Numbered from the stretch's first letter, positions 44,402 to 54,137 are shown. The stretch: 64,000 bases of DNA from Pseudomonadota bacterium (GCA_023451825.1 JAEXYA010000017.1:12681-76680), one strand, 5' to 3'. Program-made: numbers and translations. Notes: generated from the sequence alone by a model not told the origin.

Positions 44402-47260
44402 CTATTCACGTTCGGTTGCGAGCGAACGCAACACGCGCCCAGCCAATCTGACATCGGTCGAGGGGGCGTGAGCATCAACCCTGCGATAGACTGGTTCGAG
44501 GAGCGTCAACCCTTCAGCCCCGCGCCCGACATGTCCGAGCATACGCGCCAGAGCCGTCGTGGAGCTCAGCTCGAATGTCAGGGCACCCTGTCGCCTGGCA
44601 CAGGCGATTGCGGCTCTGAGCATTGCCTCAGCATCAACAATCTTCTCCTCGCGCCATAACAGAAGCCCCTTCACGCGCAGGATTTCGGCATCATACCAAT
44701 GCTCGCTCTGTCGTTCTGCGTGTTCGCTGGCTTCGGCGAGCGACTTTATCGCAAGCTCGGGACGCCCGAATTTCAATGCCGCTTCTGCAATGACCGTTAG
44801 ATACATCGGCACCCTGACAAGGAACCCGTTCCGAACAATCCGTCGCGCTTCACGATGCATGATATCGAGCGACGCTTCATCGTCGTCGAGGCACCCGACT
44901 GCGGCCTGGTAGAATTGACAGACAGGATCCCAGATGGCGAGATCGCGCAGCTCCACACCACGTTTCAGCGTGAGGATCAGTCTGCGAGCGCGCTCGATAT
45001 CTCCAGATCGCATCGTGAGAGGGATCGCAGCCTGCGCAAGCGCGTTAGCTTCGGATACCATATGCTCCAAGGCAGACGCTCGATCCAGGGCTTGCTGCGT
45101 TATACGTAATGCACCCGCGTGGTCGCCACGTATCCACATCGGAAATGCAAGTGCGACCCGCAGCCCGACAAGACGATCGATCTGAAACCTGGACATGCGG
45201 GTCGGCGCCGCATCGTCACCAAAATTTCCGACAAGGACTTCAAGGCCCTTCTGCGCACCCGTAATATCGCCGGTGTAGAATTGGGTGATATGCTTGAACC
45301 GCTTTCCGTCCGGCAACGCCGATATCTCACCGCGCAGCTCGGCAGTATCCTCGAATTGTTCGAGCGTAGCGAGAGCTTGGAGATGACGGCCAGAAAAGGT
45401 CTGAAGAACGGCATGGCCCCACAGCGCCCGCAGTTGAAATTCAGCGTCGTCTATCTCGACCGCCAGGCGATAGCATTCGCGCCAGGCATCATCGACCTCG
45501 GCACCGAGATGATCGGAAAAATTCAAGCCATTGCCATATGACGCCAGCAGTTTCATCCTCAGGCGCAGATCGTGAGGGAGCTCCGCCTCTTCAAATTGGA
45601 GGGCGCGTTCGACGCGGGATCGGCTCTCTCCGACGGTGGAGAGTTCATCCCAAAGAGGAATGGCCGCTGCAGTCAGGCGAACTCCCAATTCCGGATCACC
45701 GCCATCGCCGAACAACCATTCGATCGCCTTGCGGAGGTCATTCACCCGCTTGCCGTAAGACGCGGTCCAGTCCCGCCTTGCTCGCCACTGCCACTCAGCC
45801 TCTGCAGCTTCGAAAACCCTGAGCAGGTATCGCGAGAAACGCATCAGGACAGCATACTGCTCACCCTCATTCTTGAGCGCCCCGCCAGCAAAGCCACGCA
45901 TGATGTCAAGCAAGCGGTATCGCAATTCACCGCCTTGATAAATTTGCGATACCATCGATTTGGAGACGAGGCTTTGTGCAAGCGAAGTGACGGTCTCGAT
46001 GGCCCCTCCGTCGTCCGAGGCAATTCCCACAATGTCTTCGAGCGAGAAATGTCCCGTGAAAACTGAAAGCTCCCGGAACAACCTCGCTTCGCTCCTCGAC
46101 AAGATCCGATAGCTCCACTCCAGCGTGGCCAGCAAGGTCTGATGCCGGCGCACACGTCCTTCTCGCGTGACGTTTAATGGCTCCAAATCGACGTCGAGCA
46201 AACGGAGGAGGCTTTGGGCATTGGATCCGTCGAAGTGGGCAACTGCGAGTTCGATCGCAAGAGCAATTCCATCAAGGCGTCGACAGATGGCTGCGACCGC
46301 GCTTGCATCGACATCTTCAAATCTATAACCGTTCGCTTCGAAAGCCCTCCTGACGAACAATCTGACGGCAGAGTAATCAAGCGCCGAAACTGAATCGACC
46401 TGATCAGCTTCGCTTGGAAACTCGAGTGCCGGCAGGCGGTACACCGACTCATGTCGCGCCCGCAGCGGCTCTCTGCTCGTGGCCAGGATCACCAGACTTG
46501 GAACAACCGACCGCAGATGGTCTGCGATCAGGGACGCAGAACTCAACACGTGCTCACAGTTATCAAGTACAAGAAGAGTATGCTTGTGCCGGATGGCTTC
46601 GATAGCTTCTGCCAAGACGTTCGTGGTGTTCGTAACGCTTCCGAGCGCGGCTGCGACGACCGGAACGACCTGCTGAGCCTCATCGATCACGGCCAAGTCG
46701 GCAAATCGTACACCGTCCCGAAACGATGCCTTAAGCTCAAGCGCGACGGCCACTGCCAAGGTCGTTTTACCGACACCTGCGGGACCGACAACCGTAACAA
46801 AACGCTCGTCGGCTAACATCGCAGTCAACTCCGAAACCTGCTGATCGCGACCGACAAGATCGACGATCATCGGCATCGCCCCCGGTGGATACTCCTTCGG
46901 GTCCGCATCGATACCTGTGTCGTCCGCGGAGATCTCTACACGCGCAACGAATCGATATCCCCGTCCCTGTACGGTCGCGATGTAGGGGAGGCCCGAAGGA
47001 AGCGCAGGCAACACCTTGCGCAATGCAGAGATCGCGACCTTAAGGTTGGTCGATTTCATCGGACTTTCCGGCCACGCGAATGCGATCAGCTCGTCTTTGC
47101 TGACAACCTCGCCCGACTTCGAGACGAGGAGCTCCAAAAGGTCCAGGGATCGAGATCCGGGTGTGAGATACACATTCTTGTGCCTGAGCATCTGCCGGTG
47201 GGGTACGAACTCGACCTCTCCGAAACGATAGCGTTTACGCTCGATCATTTCGTCCCCCAC
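44402..47260 (-). CDS. STAND-class regulator 3 (952 aa), more distant paralog
   Basis: YRFGEVEF...NLKVAISALRKVL...GYRF. Walker A GPAGVGKTT. Walker B LLVLDNCEH. RHQTLLATLEWSYRIL. Long helical C-terminus. Confidence 0.85.
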   Translation of the reverse strand: MGDEMIERKRYRFGEVEFVPHRQMLRHKNVYLTPGSRSLDLLELLVSKSGEVVSKDELIAFAWPESPMKSTNLKVAISALRKVLPALPSGLPYIATVQGRGYRFVARVEISADDTGIDADPKEYPPGAMPMIVDLVGRDQQVSELTAMLADERFVTVVGPAGVGKTTLAVAVALELKASFRDGVRFADLAVIDEAQQVVPVVAAALGSVTNTTNVLAEAIEAIRHKHTLLVLDNCEHVLSSASLIADHLRSVVPSLVILATSREPLRARHESVYRLPALEFPSEADQVDSVSALDYSAVRLFVRRAFEANGYRFEDVDASAVAAICRRLDGIALAIELAVAHFDGSNAQSLLRLLDVDLEPLNVTREGRVRRHQTLLATLEWSYRILSRSEARLFRELSVFTGHFSLEDIVGIASDDGGAIETVTSLAQSLVSKSMVSQIYQGGELRYRLLDIMRGFAGGALKNEGEQYAVLMRFSRYLLRVFEAAEAEWQWRARRDWTASYGKRVNDLRKAIEWLFGDGGDPELGVRLTAAAIPLWDELSTVGESRSRVERALQFEEAELPHDLRLRMKLLASYGNGLNFSDHLGAEVDDAWRECYRLAVEIDDAEFQLRALWGHAVLQTFSGRHLQALATLEQFEDTAELRGEISALPDGKRFKHITQFYTGDITGAQKGLEVLVGNFGDDAAPTRMSRFQIDRLVGLRVALAFPMWIRGDHAGALRITQQALDRASALEHMVSEANALAQAAIPLTMRSGDIERARRLILTLKRGVELRDLAIWDPVCQFYQAAVGCLDDDEASLDIMHREARRIVRNGFLVRVPMYLTVIAEAALKFGRPELAIKSLAEASEHAERQSEHWYDAEILRVKGLLLWREEKIVDAEAMLRAAIACARRQGALTFELSSTTALARMLGHVGRGAEGLTLLEPVYRRVDAHAPSTDVRLAGRVLRSLATERE

Positions 47261-47287
47261 TAGATAAGGCTGGCTACTGTCTCAAAT

Positions 47288-47878
47288 TCAGTGCGCTCGC
47301 TCCTGCGCGACAGCCCTTCCGCTTGGACGCGCAGCCTTGCCCGCCGAGCCAATTCCCCCGTTCGATAGTCGCCAGGCGTTCGGTGAAGTCCCTGTCGAAG
47401 CTCGGAACGCCCGACAGAAATGGGCTTGATCGGAGAATCCGCAATCGATGGCGATCTCGACCAACCTCATGTCGGTCAGCTGCATCAATCTTTCTGCCCG
47501 CCCAATTCTGCACGCGATCAGATACGCTCTCGGCGGCTGCCCGACACTTGCTTTGAATGCATTGCAGAAGTATCCGCTGCTGAGCCCAACGTTCCTCGCG
47601 ATCTGCGAGACACGAAGCGGCCGATGTAGATTTTCTTCGATATAGCGCAGCGCATGGTCGATTTGACGGCTACGAGGTCCCTTGTGCGTCGAAGGTGCAA
47701 TCGCCGCTTTCGATGAACCGGCAAGTATAAGAATGGCTTCGTCCAGGCGTAACTTGGCCAAGTCCCGATCGGGATCGATCGCGCGACGCGCATCAAGCAG
47801 AAGCTGCGCAATCAAGGCGTCATCGGATATGCCCTGCCTTTCGAGCTCCGTCGGTTTAGGCGCGGATTTCCGGTTCAT
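47288..47878 (-). CDS. AraC-family transcriptional regulator (short, 196 aa)
   Basis: C-terminal double HTH: LRVSQIARNVGLSSGYFCNAFK...VEIAIDCGFSDQAHFCRAFR. Its stop is 27 nt before the start of STAND regulator 3 on the same strand. Confidence 0.85.
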   Translation of the reverse strand: MNRKSAPKPTELERQGISDDALIAQLLLDARRAIDPDRDLAKLRLDEAILILAGSSKAAIAPSTHKGPRSRQIDHALRYIEENLHRPLRVSQIARNVGLSSGYFCNAFKASVGQPPRAYLIACRIGRAERLMQLTDMRLVEIAIDCGFSDQAHFCRAFRASTGTSPNAWRLSNGGIGSAGKAARPSGRAVAQERAH

Positions 47879-48619
47879 ACTCGTTCCCGCTCATTCTGCT
47901 GTCCAAGGATCGATTTTGCAGGCGGCCGAATGAAATTGATCGAGCAACGTGCGCTATTGCCTGCCGCTCACCTGGAGAAAAGCGCTCTCTCAAAACCTCC
48001 AAGCGTCGTCGTGTGCGCTTCAAGCAGAGAATAATCGCACTTCCGGATGATCTGCGGTTAAGAGTCGTAAAAAGATGCCAATGAAGCAGCGAGCGCCCGT
48101 TTGAAAAACGTGCCGTCGGCGAACTTTTGTTAAATCAACTTGCCGCAGGTCGACATTGAGATGGTTGCTTCACCAGGCGGCGACACGGGTCAGGCCAATA
48201 CCTCTGCCCCTGGAATGATGCGGCACCGCTCGCCGCAGACTTGAGCGATATGAGAACGTCGCGATCGTATCTGGCGGTCCGCACCGGTCGCGGAAAAGGG
48301 TCTCGGGCCACGCCTGGGCCTGGGCGCGTCCTGATCGGGCCGGCCTGCGAAACGGCAATCGGCGTTGCGGACCGTTTCGCAGAGCGCTCACGATAAAGCG
48401 ACGAAGTTGAATATGCCCGTCGAAGATTTTTGCTCGAGTGCGGGCCTGCCAGCAGTACGGCGATGAGGACTACCGAGCGAAGCTGCTCTTCCGCCCCGAA
48501 CACGCACGCCGCTTCTTCCGCCTCAAGCCGAAGGTGGCGCAACGACTAATCGACGAGGGTAGGATGAAGGGGTGAATTCCTCATAGGACTACTCACCCAT
48601 CCAACGCAACAACTTCGGA

Positions 48620-48895
48620 TCAGAGCATCCCGAGGGCCTGCAGATAGGTCTCCAGGATCGTCTCCTGCTCGGCGCGCTCATTGGCGTCCTGCTTGCGCAT
48701 GCGGATGATGGTGCGCAGCGCCTTGACGTCGTAGCCATTGCCCTTGGCTTCGCCATAGACGTCCTTGATGTCGTCGGAAATCGTCTTCTTCTCTTCCTCG
48801 AGGCGTTCGATGCGCTCGACGATGGCCTTGAGCTGGTCCTTGGCGAAAGAATGCGTTGCCTGGTCGTCCAGCACGGACGCAGCATTGGTGGCCAT
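48620..48895 (-). CDS. DUF2312/UPF0335 protein (GapR-type nucleoid-associated protein family)
   Basis: 91 aa: ...[50 protein letters not shown]... Confidence 0.85.
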   Translation of the reverse strand: MATNAASVLDDQATHSFAKDQLKAIVERIERLEEEKKTISDDIKDVYGEAKGNGYDVKALRTIIRMRKQDANERAEQETILETYLQALGML

Positions 48896-49075
48896 CGGGA
48901 ACTCCTGAACTGATTGGGTAGGGTGGGTTGGCGAGAGGCGCCGGTTATGGGCGCTAGTCTCTTAAAAACTTGTCTCTAATTCGACAGTCGCGACCGGAGC
49001 CGATGGGGTCAAGCCGCGACAATTGTCATCCACAGCACCCCACAGGAATGATGGCGCGCTGCCGGCCTGTTTCGG

Positions 49076-49390
49076 TCAATGGCCGTCATTTTTCCGCTCG
49101 AATGCGACCTTGAACGCCTCCTGCTTCTCTGGTGTCGCCTCGCTCTGGTGCAGCGCCTTCCAGTCCTCATACGGCATGCCGTAGACAGCCTCGCGGCTCG
49201 CATCCTTGCTCAGGGCAACGCCGCGCTCGTCGGCTGCATCCTTCAGCCAGTTCGACAAGCAGTTGCGGCAGAAGCCGGCAAGATTCATCAGGTCGATGTT
49301 CTGGACATCCGTGCGGCCCCGCAGATGCGACACCAGGCGGCGGAACGCAGCGGCTTCCAGTTCGGTTTGTGTCTTGTCGTCGATTGCCAA
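49076..49390 (-). CDS. DUF1244 protein
   Basis: 104 aa: ...AAAFRRLVSHLRGRTDVQNIDLMNLAGFCRNCLSNW... Confidence 0.8.
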   Translation of the reverse strand: MAIDDKTQTELEAAAFRRLVSHLRGRTDVQNIDLMNLAGFCRNCLSNWLKDAADERGVALSKDASREAVYGMPYEDWKALHQSEATPEKQEAFKVAFERKNDGH

Positions 49391-49563
49391 GGCCTGGACT
49401 CCATCTCGCTCAAAAGGTCCGATAAGCCCGTAAGATGGGTTCTTTACCAGATTTCGCCATAACGCAGGTCAAACTACCGGCGTCCCGCCGAATCGGTTGC
49501 TGCCGTTGACACACCCGTCCGGTCACGCGAAACCGTCAAGGAACTGATATATAGCGACGCTGA

Positions 49564-50211
49564 ATGATCATCGCGAATCCCCACCGTTCATACCGTACCC
49601 GGACATGGACCAGGCCTCCGGCCAGGTCTTGGGCCGCGTCTTGGGTCAAATCTTGGGCCAGCCTGCTGCCAGTTCTGGCCGTTATGCTGGCTGCCATGTG
49701 GGCGACACCTGCGGCGGCGGATTTCCGGCTTTGCAATAATACGTCGAGCCGGGTCGGTATCGCGCTCGGCTACAAGGACGCGGACGGCTGGACCACCGAA
49801 GGCTGGTGGAATGTATCGTCGCGGGCCTGCGAGACCCTGCTGCGGGGAACTCTCATCGCCCGGTACTATTATATCTATGCCATCGATTACGACCGGGGCG
49901 GCGAATGGTCGGGTCAGGCGTTCATGTGTTCGCGCGACAAGGAATTCACGATCAAGGGGACGGAAAACTGCCTGGCGCGCGGTTTTGACCGGACAGGTTT
50001 CTTTGAGGTCGATACCGGTGAGCAGCGCGCCTGGACCGTGCAACTGACCGAGACCAACGAGCAACCGCCAAAACTCCCGGGCCTGCCTGGTCCCGGCCCC
50101 GGAGGACCGCCTCCGGGCGCACCAGGCGCAGGCTTCCCTGCCCTGCCGAACAATCCGGGCACCCCGCCTGCGGGATCGCCGCCGGCGACGACGCCCGGCA
50201 CCAAGCAATAA
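49564..50211 (+). CDS. DUF1036 protein with a Pro/Gly-rich C-terminal tail
   Basis: ...ADFRLCNNTSSRVGIALGY...GWW...YYYIYA...FMCSRDKEFTIKG. The start is uncertain because the N-terminal about 25 aa look non-native. Confidence 0.75.
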   Translation: MIIANPHRSYRTRTWTRPPARSWAASWVKSWASLLPVLAVMLAAMWATPAAADFRLCNNTSSRVGIALGYKDADGWTTEGWWNVSSRACETLLRGTLIARYYYIYAIDYDRGGEWSGQAFMCSRDKEFTIKGTENCLARGFDRTGFFEVDTGEQRAWTVQLTETNEQPPKLPGLPGPGPGGPPPGAPGAGFPALPNNPGTPPAGSPPATTPGTKQ

Positions 50212-50223
50212 GCGAGCTTCGAT

Positions 50224-51657
50224 ATGAGACGACAACGCCGCATCAAGATTCTGGCCACGCTTGGCCCCGCCTCCTCCGACAGCGCGATGATCCGCAAGCT
50301 GTTCGAGGCCGGCGCCGACGTCTTCCGCATCAATATGAGCCACACGCCGCACGACAAGATGCGCGATCTGGTGAAGACCATCCGCAATGTCGAAAGCAGC
50401 TATGGCCGCCCGATCGGCATCCTGGTCGATCTGCAGGGCCCGAAGCTGCGCGTCGGCGCCTTCGCCGATGGCGGCGTCCAGCTCAAGAATGGCGAAGCCT
50501 TCACGCTCGACTCCGATCCTGCCCCCGGCGACGGCACCCGCGTGCACCTGCCGCATCCGGAAATCCTCGCAGCACTCCGCCCCGGACATGCGCTGCTGAT
50601 CGATGACGGCAAGTTGAAGCTGATCGCCGAAGAAACGTCGGCCGAGCGCGCGGTGACGCGCGTGGTGGTCGGCGGCCGCATCTCGGATCGCAAGGGCGTC
50701 AGCCTGCCCGACACCGACCTGCCCGTTTCCGCCATGACGCCAAAGGATCGCAGCGATCTCGAAGCCGCGCTGGAAACCGGCATCGATTGGGTGGCGCTCT
50801 CCTTCGTGCAGCGCGCCGAGGACGTGCACGAGGCCAAGCGCCTGGTGCGCGGCCGTGCCGCCATCATGTCGAAGATCGAAAAGCCCCAGGCCATCGAGCG
50901 CCTCGATTCCATTCTGGAAGCCTCTGACGCCCTGATGGTCGCCCGCGGCGATCTCGGCGTCGAATTGCCGCTGGAGCGTGTACCGAGCCTGCAGAAGCGC
51001 ATGACCCGCATGGCGCGCCGCGCCGGCAAGCCGGTGGTCGTGGCAACCCAGATGCTGGAATCGATGATCCAGAGCCCGGTGCCGACCCGCGCCGAAGTCT
51101 CCGACGTCGCCACCGCGATCTATGAAGGCGCCGACGCCGTGATGCTGTCGGCGGAATCCGCCGCGGGCAAATTCCCGACCGAAGCCGTCGCCACGATGAA
51201 TCGCATCGGCGAAGAGGTCGAGCGCGATCCGACCTACCGTAACGTTCTCACCGCGCAACGCCCGGGTCCGGAAGCGACCGTCGGCGACGCCATCGCCGAC
51301 GCCGCGCGACAGATCGCGGAGACGCTGGAATTGTCGGCGATCATCTGCTGGACCAGTTCGGGCTCGACCGCCATGCGCGTCGCCCGCGAACGGCCGAAAC
51401 CGCCGATCGTCGCCATCACGCCAAATCTCGCCGGCGGCCGCAAGCTGTCTGTCGCCTGGGGCGTGCATTGCGTGGTGGCGGAAGACGCGAAGGATCAGGA
51501 CGATATGGTGGATCGTGCGGGACGCATCGCGTTCCGTGATGGATTTGCCAAGGCCGGCCAGCGCGTGATCGTGGTGGCCGGTGTGCCGCTCGGCACGCCG
51601 GGCGCTACGAATATGCTGCGCATTGCTTATGTCGGGTCGAGCGACACCGGCGAGTAG
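50224..51657 (+). CDS. pyk: Pyruvate kinase
   Basis: 477 aa: RRIKILATLGPAS...FRINMSHT...MVARGDLGVE...ATQMLESM. Confidence 0.95.
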   Translation: MRRQRRIKILATLGPASSDSAMIRKLFEAGADVFRINMSHTPHDKMRDLVKTIRNVESSYGRPIGILVDLQGPKLRVGAFADGGVQLKNGEAFTLDSDPAPGDGTRVHLPHPEILAALRPGHALLIDDGKLKLIAEETSAERAVTRVVVGGRISDRKGVSLPDTDLPVSAMTPKDRSDLEAALETGIDWVALSFVQRAEDVHEAKRLVRGRAAIMSKIEKPQAIERLDSILEASDALMVARGDLGVELPLERVPSLQKRMTRMARRAGKPVVVATQMLESMIQSPVPTRAEVSDVATAIYEGADAVMLSAESAAGKFPTEAVATMNRIGEEVERDPTYRNVLTAQRPGPEATVGDAIADAARQIAETLELSAIICWTSSGSTAMRVARERPKPPIVAITPNLAGGRKLSVAWGVHCVVAEDAKDQDDMVDRAGRIAFRDGFAKAGQRVIVVAGVPLGTPGATNMLRIAYVGSSDTGE

Positions 51658-51664
51658 CTTTTTA

Positions 51665-51693
51665 ACATCTCCCCGCAAAGAGCGGGGAGATGT
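51665..51693. other. 12-bp perfect stem-loop (acatctccccgc-aaaga-gcggggagatgt) between convergent pyk and osmC
   Basis: Read directly. No U-run follows it on either strand, so it is not a canonical intrinsic terminator. Same CTCCCCGC/GCGGGGAG core as at 11539. Confidence 0.45.
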
Positions 51694-51702
51694 CGAGACA
51701 CG

Positions 51703-52137
51703 TCAGCCTTCCAGCTTCGCGTCCAGCGTGATCTCGGCGTTCAGCACTTTCGACACCGGGCAGCCAGCCTTGGCCTTCGCCGTGCAGTCGTCGAACTTCG
51801 CCTGATCCGCGCCGGGAATCTTCGCCGACAGCGTCAGATGTACCTTGGTGATGGCAAAGCCGTCGCCCTGCTTCTCCAGCGTCACATCTGCCTTGGTCTC
51901 CATCGCATCGGCCTTGAGTCCGGCCTCTCCGAGGATCAGCGACAGCGCCATGGTGAAACACGCCGCATGCGCGGCGCCGATCAGTTCTTCAGGATTGGAG
52001 CCGGGCTTGCCTTCGAAGCGGCTGGCAAAACCATAGGGATAGTCTGCGAGCGCGCCGCTCTTGGTGGAGATCGATCCCTTGCCGTCCTTGATACCGCCCT
52101 GCCATTTGGCCGATCCGAATGTCGTGGTCATGCACAT
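51703..52137 (-). CDS. osmC: OsmC-family peroxiredoxin
   Basis: 144 aa with NPEELIGAAHAACF and a second Cys context KAKAGCPVSK. Confidence 0.9.
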   Translation of the reverse strand: MCMTTTFGSAKWQGGIKDGKGSISTKSGALADYPYGFASRFEGKPGSNPEELIGAAHAACFTMALSLILGEAGLKADAMETKADVTLEKQGDGFAITKVHLTLSAKIPGADQAKFDDCTAKAKAGCPVSKVLNAEITLDAKLEG

Positions 52138-52173
52138 GTCCTTATCTGGTTGTGAAGTCGATCGGATATGATC

Positions 52174-53157
52174 CTAGCGCGATGCAGCCGTCGGATTTAT
52201 GTCAGCGGATGCCGCGATCCGCTCAATCTCGCCGACGACAAGCTCCGGAACTGCATTCTGCACCATATGACCAACGCCCGGCAGTAGAATTAGTTTGCCA
52301 TCTGGCACGGTCTCGATAAGCCGCCTCGAATGAATTTCCGGCGAGACCGTGGTGTCCGCATCGCCGGTGATGGCGACGACCGGCATCCGGATTTCGGCAT
52401 AACGCGACGCCAGCTCCGTCACCGCCACCTTCAACGTCACCAGATCCCAAGCATTTGCGAGAAACTCGCGAGGTCTCAGCACGAGCGGGATCGCGCTTTT
52501 CGCCATATAGCCGTCCGGCATTGCCTGCGGCGCGAAAACGCCCCGCGTGCCCGGCTCGGCCAGCCACAGCCCCAATGGCAACGTGATCGTATAGGCGAGC
52601 AACGGCCCGATCACCGGCGTCGTCACGATGGCGTTGTAGGTGCCGACGCCGCCGGGCCAAGGATAGGCCACACCGGCCAATGACACGAGCCCAGCCACGC
52701 GTTGCGGATAGTCCAGCGCCATGCGCAGGCCCAGCACTCCGGCCAGCGAATGCACCACAATGACGGCGCGCGCGATTTGCAGCTGGCCCAGCACATCATC
52801 GATCATCTTGGCCTGTAACGCAGGCGACAGGTTTTCGCTGCGTGTGCTCCAGCCATGGCCCGGCCGATCGATCAGGATGACACGATGCCTTTTAGCGAGC
52901 AGATCGCCGAGCGGGACCCGCATCGTGCCGAGATTGGAGCTGGCGCCATGCACAAGCACGATCGGCAGTCCGGCTGCGTCATGCGGGCCGAGCTCGACCA
53001 CATGCAAACGTGCGCCAGTGACGTCAAAGAACCGGCCGATCGGTGGATACTTACGCTCGATAACAGAAACGCCGACTTGTGTGGCCAGCGCCAGCGCAGC
53101 GAGCGCGGCCACCAGCGAAAAGGCGATCATCAAGACTGTCCGGGGGATTTTTTGCAC
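52174..53157 (-). CDS. Alpha/beta hydrolase (membrane-anchored)
   Basis: 327 aa. N-terminal TM, HG box IVLVHGAS, and an elbow-like VVHSLAG. Confidence 0.75.
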   Translation of the reverse strand: MQKIPRTVLMIAFSLVAALAALALATQVGVSVIERKYPPIGRFFDVTGARLHVVELGPHDAAGLPIVLVHGASSNLGTMRVPLGDLLAKRHRVILIDRPGHGWSTRSENLSPALQAKMIDDVLGQLQIARAVIVVHSLAGVLGLRMALDYPQRVAGLVSLAGVAYPWPGGVGTYNAIVTTPVIGPLLAYTITLPLGLWLAEPGTRGVFAPQAMPDGYMAKSAIPLVLRPREFLANAWDLVTLKVAVTELASRYAEIRMPVVAITGDADTTVSPEIHSRRLIETVPDGKLILLPGVGHMVQNAVPELVVGEIERIAASADINPTAASR

Positions 53158-53203
53158 CGATCAGCTACGCGCAGATGCTGCATGGGTTTCGTGCCGGACA
53201 CGA

Positions 53204-53941
53204 TCATGCGTCCATCCCAAGACGCCCGAGACCCGGCAGCTTGAGCGCGGGACGCCTGATATCAAAACCGAGCACGGCGCCAAGCACATTCAGCTCCACC
53301 CCCTCGATCCAGCCAACCGTCAAACCGAGATAGCCGCCAAGCGTCGCCCGAACACCCGTACCCGAGGGCGTCCAGCCGAACGCATTGCCTTCGTAGGGGA
53401 AGTCTTTGCCGATCGCCGTCGGCGGCAAAGTCACCTGCAATTCCGGCACTGCGGCCAGGACGGCGGTGACAAAGGTGTTTGAGTTCGGCCCTGGCCAGGC
53501 GCGATAGTCGCCATAGGCGCGCCACGAATAGCTGGCGATCGCCGCCTTGATCTTCGGGATCATCACTTCCGCTGGCTGGCCCTCCGCCGCGGCGATCGCC
53601 ATCGGCTCATCGCCGAACCAGCGACCATCGGCTGCAAATCCGTTCAGGCGGATCGGATCGCCCCAAGCGGTATAATCATAGCGAGTATAGCTCTTCGCAC
53701 CCTTTTCCTTGAACACGATCCAGCTATGCACCGCGAAAATGCCGCGCCAACGAACCGTGCGCGCGGCGAAAATGCGAACAAGTGCGTCGGGATGTTCAGC
53801 GGCCGGCGGCAACAGGCCTGCGCTGGAGCGATCGGCGCTCTGCCAGTTCACTGAACGATCGCCCACGAAATATTTCGCGGCTGATACGCCAATCGGCACG
53901 ACAAGCAGCGCAAGCAGAACCAGCACGATTTTTCTCACCAA
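53204..53941 (-). CDS. DUF3750-like protein with an N-terminal signal/TM
   Basis: 245 aa: ...VRIFAARTVRWRGIFAVHSWIVFKEKGAKSYTRYDYTAWG... The family assignment is from memory. Confidence 0.6.
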   Translation of the reverse strand: MVRKIVLVLLALLVVPIGVSAAKYFVGDRSVNWQSADRSSAGLLPPAAEHPDALVRIFAARTVRWRGIFAVHSWIVFKEKGAKSYTRYDYTAWGDPIRLNGFAADGRWFGDEPMAIAAAEGQPAEVMIPKIKAAIASYSWRAYGDYRAWPGPNSNTFVTAVLAAVPELQVTLPPTAIGKDFPYEGNAFGWTPSGTGVRATLGGYLGLTVGWIEGVELNVLGAVLGFDIRRPALKLPGLGRLGMDA

Positions 53942-54137
53942 ACGATCCGAAAGCGGAAGAAAGAGGGGATATCAGTGTGAATATGGGGCTTATGCGAGGC
54001 TTCGCCACATTCCCTGCGACACAAAGTCTGGCGGAGCTGTCCACGCTATCCACAGGAACGGCGCGCGATCGGGCAGGTTGTTGCCATGATCGCGATGCGG
54101 AATGTCCGCCATGATCGCAAATGATCGAAGGTGGAGA

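Noticed and set aside
48135-48542. 135-aa minus-strand ORF in the AraC/GapR gap.
   Set aside because: It is Arg/Pro/Ser/Ala-rich, has no ribosome-binding site or motifs, and lies in a region that otherwise looks non-coding. It is kept only as part of the gene-desert finding.
27545-48619. Whether the accessory segment is a bona fide mobile genomic island.
   Set aside because: There is no integrase, transposase, tRNA gene or flanking direct repeats in or beside the segment. Only composition (by eye) and gene content suggest accessory status, so no mobile_element feature is called.
49588-51678. 696-aa minus-strand ORF, one of the longest in the track, spanning DUF1036 and pyk.
   Set aside because: It is antisense to an unmistakable pyruvate kinase and a DUF1036 gene. 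The sequence is Arg/Gly/Ala/His-rich with no domain signatures.
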